DNA of 54,332 nucleotides. Source: a virus. Its lineage: Duplodnaviria; Caudoviricetes. Below, in pieces: positions 52,568 through 54,332 of the stretch. The stretch lies in IMG/VR virus record IMGVR_UViG_3300033153_003825, positions 1 to 54,332 of that record. One strand, given 5' to 3'. Under the pieces are notes generated by a model, which searched no databases, was not told where the DNA came from, and saw nothing but the letters and a program-made list of their open reading frames with translations. Position numbers and translations under genes: made by a program. Position 1 is the stretch's first letter. Every line of letters starts with the position of its first letter.

Positions 52568-53305
52568 TTAGTTCTGGACCACCCCAAATGTAAGTGGTAC
52601 TGGATGAAGCGTTTGCTCCGTCCACTTAGGAAGAATCCTGCCGTCCCTCACCCCAGCTAGTAACAGGTTTGGTGAAATGTCTGCGAGCACTCCTCCAAGA
52701 ATCTCTGGCAACACCCACGTCACCTCAAATTCAGGCAGGGCGGTATCCCCAAGGTCCGGGCAGGCTGTGGGACGGTTGTAGGACTTCGCTACCGCATCTT
52801 CATATCCACCCTCGTAAGCGCAAAGAATAAAATCCTCACCCACTACTGCACGGATGGTGGGGAATTCATGTTGAGGCCAAATTGCATCGGAAGTCCGGGT
52901 ATTCATGTACCCCATGATGAAAAGAATAGGGTTGGCATACAAATCAATGCTCCAGTTCCCTCGCCTGAGTACTTGAATTTTAAGGGTGTCCGGTGCGTAC
53001 TGACCAGCCGTGTCCACGATTGAGTGGACGATCACCGCAGAGACTCGGGAGGAGTCACTAGCCATGACACTCATAGAGGCAGGGGTGAAAAAGTCTTCTG
53101 CGTCCACCGCCCACACTGGACAGGAGACTTGGAGCCCCACGTAACCCTCGACACGCCATCCTTGTCCTGTCTCCTTTAGGGGACACTCGTGGGAAATTCC
53201 GGCGATCTGTCCGTAGGCATAGCCGTTGATGGTAATGGTCGCCTCCTGGCCGCACAGGAATCCAGGTACTAACGTCATTACTAGCGCAAGGGAAAAACGC
53301 TTCAT
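52568..53305 (-). CDS. secreted beta-rich protein with signal peptide
   Basis: MKRFSLALVMTLVPGFLCG-QE signal peptide; GGAGG RBS; paired Cys. Confidence 0.7.
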   Translation of the reverse strand: MKRFSLALVMTLVPGFLCGQEATITINGYAYGQIAGISHECPLKETGQGWRVEGYVGLQVSCPVWAVDAEDFFTPASMSVMASDSSRVSAVIVHSIVDTAGQYAPDTLKIQVLRRGNWSIDLYANPILFIMGYMNTRTSDAIWPQHEFPTIRAVVGEDFILCAYEGGYEDAVAKSYNRPTACPDLGDTALPEFEVTWVLPEILGGVLADISPNLLLAGVRDGRILPKWTEQTLHPVPLTFGVVQN

Positions 53306-53314
53306 GCTTTCCTC

Positions 53315-53617
53315 CTAAAAAGTGAGGGTTCCCAGGAACACGGCCCAGGCATACCCGTGACAAAGAATCGGTCCCGTCATGTCCCCGATGCCGTCTCGGA
53401 GGTACTTCTTTCGGGGGTGGCCCATCGCCCTGTGAGTCTCCCAATTACTGCCTTCACGCATGGCGAAATAAACAACCAGAATCTCTGAAGTCAGTACCGC
53501 CTCCAAAGGACCGACGATTCCAGCTAGATAGGTGAAGGCGGCACAGATCAGGAAGTGGGCGATCCAAGAAAGTTCGTCTCTGGAAGCCACGTACTCGGCA
53601 AATTCGGTCAGGTTCAT
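53315..53617 (-). CDS. membrane protein
   Basis: hydrophobic helices; HF...Y..RE...DGIGD..GP motif. Confidence 0.65.
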   Translation of the reverse strand: MNLTEFAEYVASRDELSWIAHFLICAAFTYLAGIVGPLEAVLTSEILVVYFAMREGSNWETHRAMGHPRKKYLRDGIGDMTGPILCHGYAWAVFLGTLTF

Positions 53618-53624
53618 GAATCTG

Positions 53625-53654
53625 AATATGCGCCTATTTCACTATGAAACGCAA
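53625..53654 (-). promoter_or_regulatory. possible leftward promoter with TTTCA-N3-TGAAA palindrome in the spacer
   Basis: TTGCGT-18-CATATT on the minus strand, 7 nt above ATG 53617. Confidence 0.3.
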
Positions 53655-53661
53655 GCGCCTC

Positions 53662-53910
53662 CTAATCTGGTAAGGTTTTGATGTAACAGAGCGTTTTGAA
53701 TCCCACCATGTCCACCTCTTGGATGTAAAGCAACGCCTCCAGCGAGTCGATGAGGGATCTCTGGCCCCTAATGATCGAGTCCTGAATTACGGCCATGTTT
53801 TCCAGGTGGTGAGAGTATCGGACGTTCCTCGCACACAAGATCCCAGCCCATAGATAGACAGCCAGTATCACACCCCAACAAACGACATCCCACGTCGTGC
53901 GGGGCCTCAC
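53662..53910 (-). CDS. single-TM hypothetical protein
   Basis: N-terminal TM plus coiled segment. Confidence 0.55.
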   Translation of the reverse strand: MRPRTTWDVVCWGVILAVYLWAGILCARNVRYSHHLENMAVIQDSIIRGQRSLIDSLEALLYIQEVDMVGFKTLCYIKTLPD

Positions 53911-54122
53911 GGGTCCGCTCGCTTTCTCATGTACCCTTCGGCCAGTGTAATCACGCCACCGCCCTCAAGGACTTTGGATGCCCACTTCCAGGGCAATCCG
54001 GTGGCCCGGACAAACCCACCCGCCTCCTCTTTCGTGACCGAAGTCCACGTAACGTCCGGGTCCTGAATTTTAATGTGGTCCCTGATCCTGAGTGCCTGGT
54101 TTTTTGGAATCGTTTCGTACAT
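53907..54122 (-). CDS. hypothetical protein
   Basis: AGGAGG RBS. Confidence 0.6.
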   Translation of the reverse strand: MYETIPKNQALRIRDHIKIQDPDVTWTSVTKEEAGGFVRATGLPWKWASKVLEGGGVITLAEGYMRKRADP

Positions 54123-54332
54123 CGGTTTGGTCCTCCTGTACTAAGCGGTTTAGACGTAGTAGCGCCATGCCCACCATAAATGGGGTGCCGAGTCCTACGA
54201 AAAAACCGATCAGAATTGAAACACCATCGAGTTCGGGCATCAGTCCCAACCTATGTCCTTGAGTTCACTGAGTCGGACCCATTTTGTACGGGCCGCATGT
54301 CCCCATACGATCATCTCTACTAGCACCCTGTC

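Noticed and set aside
1-54332. Terminal repeats, cos ends or tRNA genes
   Set aside because: The window ends share no visible overlap; no cloverleaf with a proper T-arm was found by eye; cos cannot be located from sequence alone

Overview
The window looks like a complete or near-complete ~54 kb tailed dsDNA phage genome with siphovirus architecture: lambda GpA-type terminase, long non-contractile tail, no sheath gene. Layout: (i) 0.1-6.5 kb, + strand small genes including a frame-broken sigma70-region-4 gene, SSB and an AT-rich iteron-like locus (candidate origin). (ii) 5.7-28.9 kb, packaging, head and tail genes including a -1 frameshift tail chaperone, a 937-aa tape measure and a 2749-aa repeat-rich tail-tip protein. 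(iii) 29-40 kb, holin-like genes and an endolysin/spanin-like pair, separated by a ~9 kb accessory fibre operon with four boundary-flanked LamG cassettes, a 34-repeat scaffold protein and an apparently split domain. (iv) 40-45.6 kb, recombination/replication genes (YqaJ exonuclease, Gp3/RDF-like partner, short initiator, DnaB, RuvC-like). (v) 45.6-54.3 kb, a minus-strand accessory block with a nested double tyrosine recombinase, a HAD protein, two sulfotransferases and membrane/secreted proteins. Most notable: an active Tyr-recombinase domain nested inside a dead one; the modular fibre operon; an iteron motif shared between the candidate origin and the initiator leader ~40 kb away; and two sulfotransferase paralogs. 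No tRNA, CRISPR array or reverse transcriptase was seen. All family assignments are by-eye motif recognition, not database searches.
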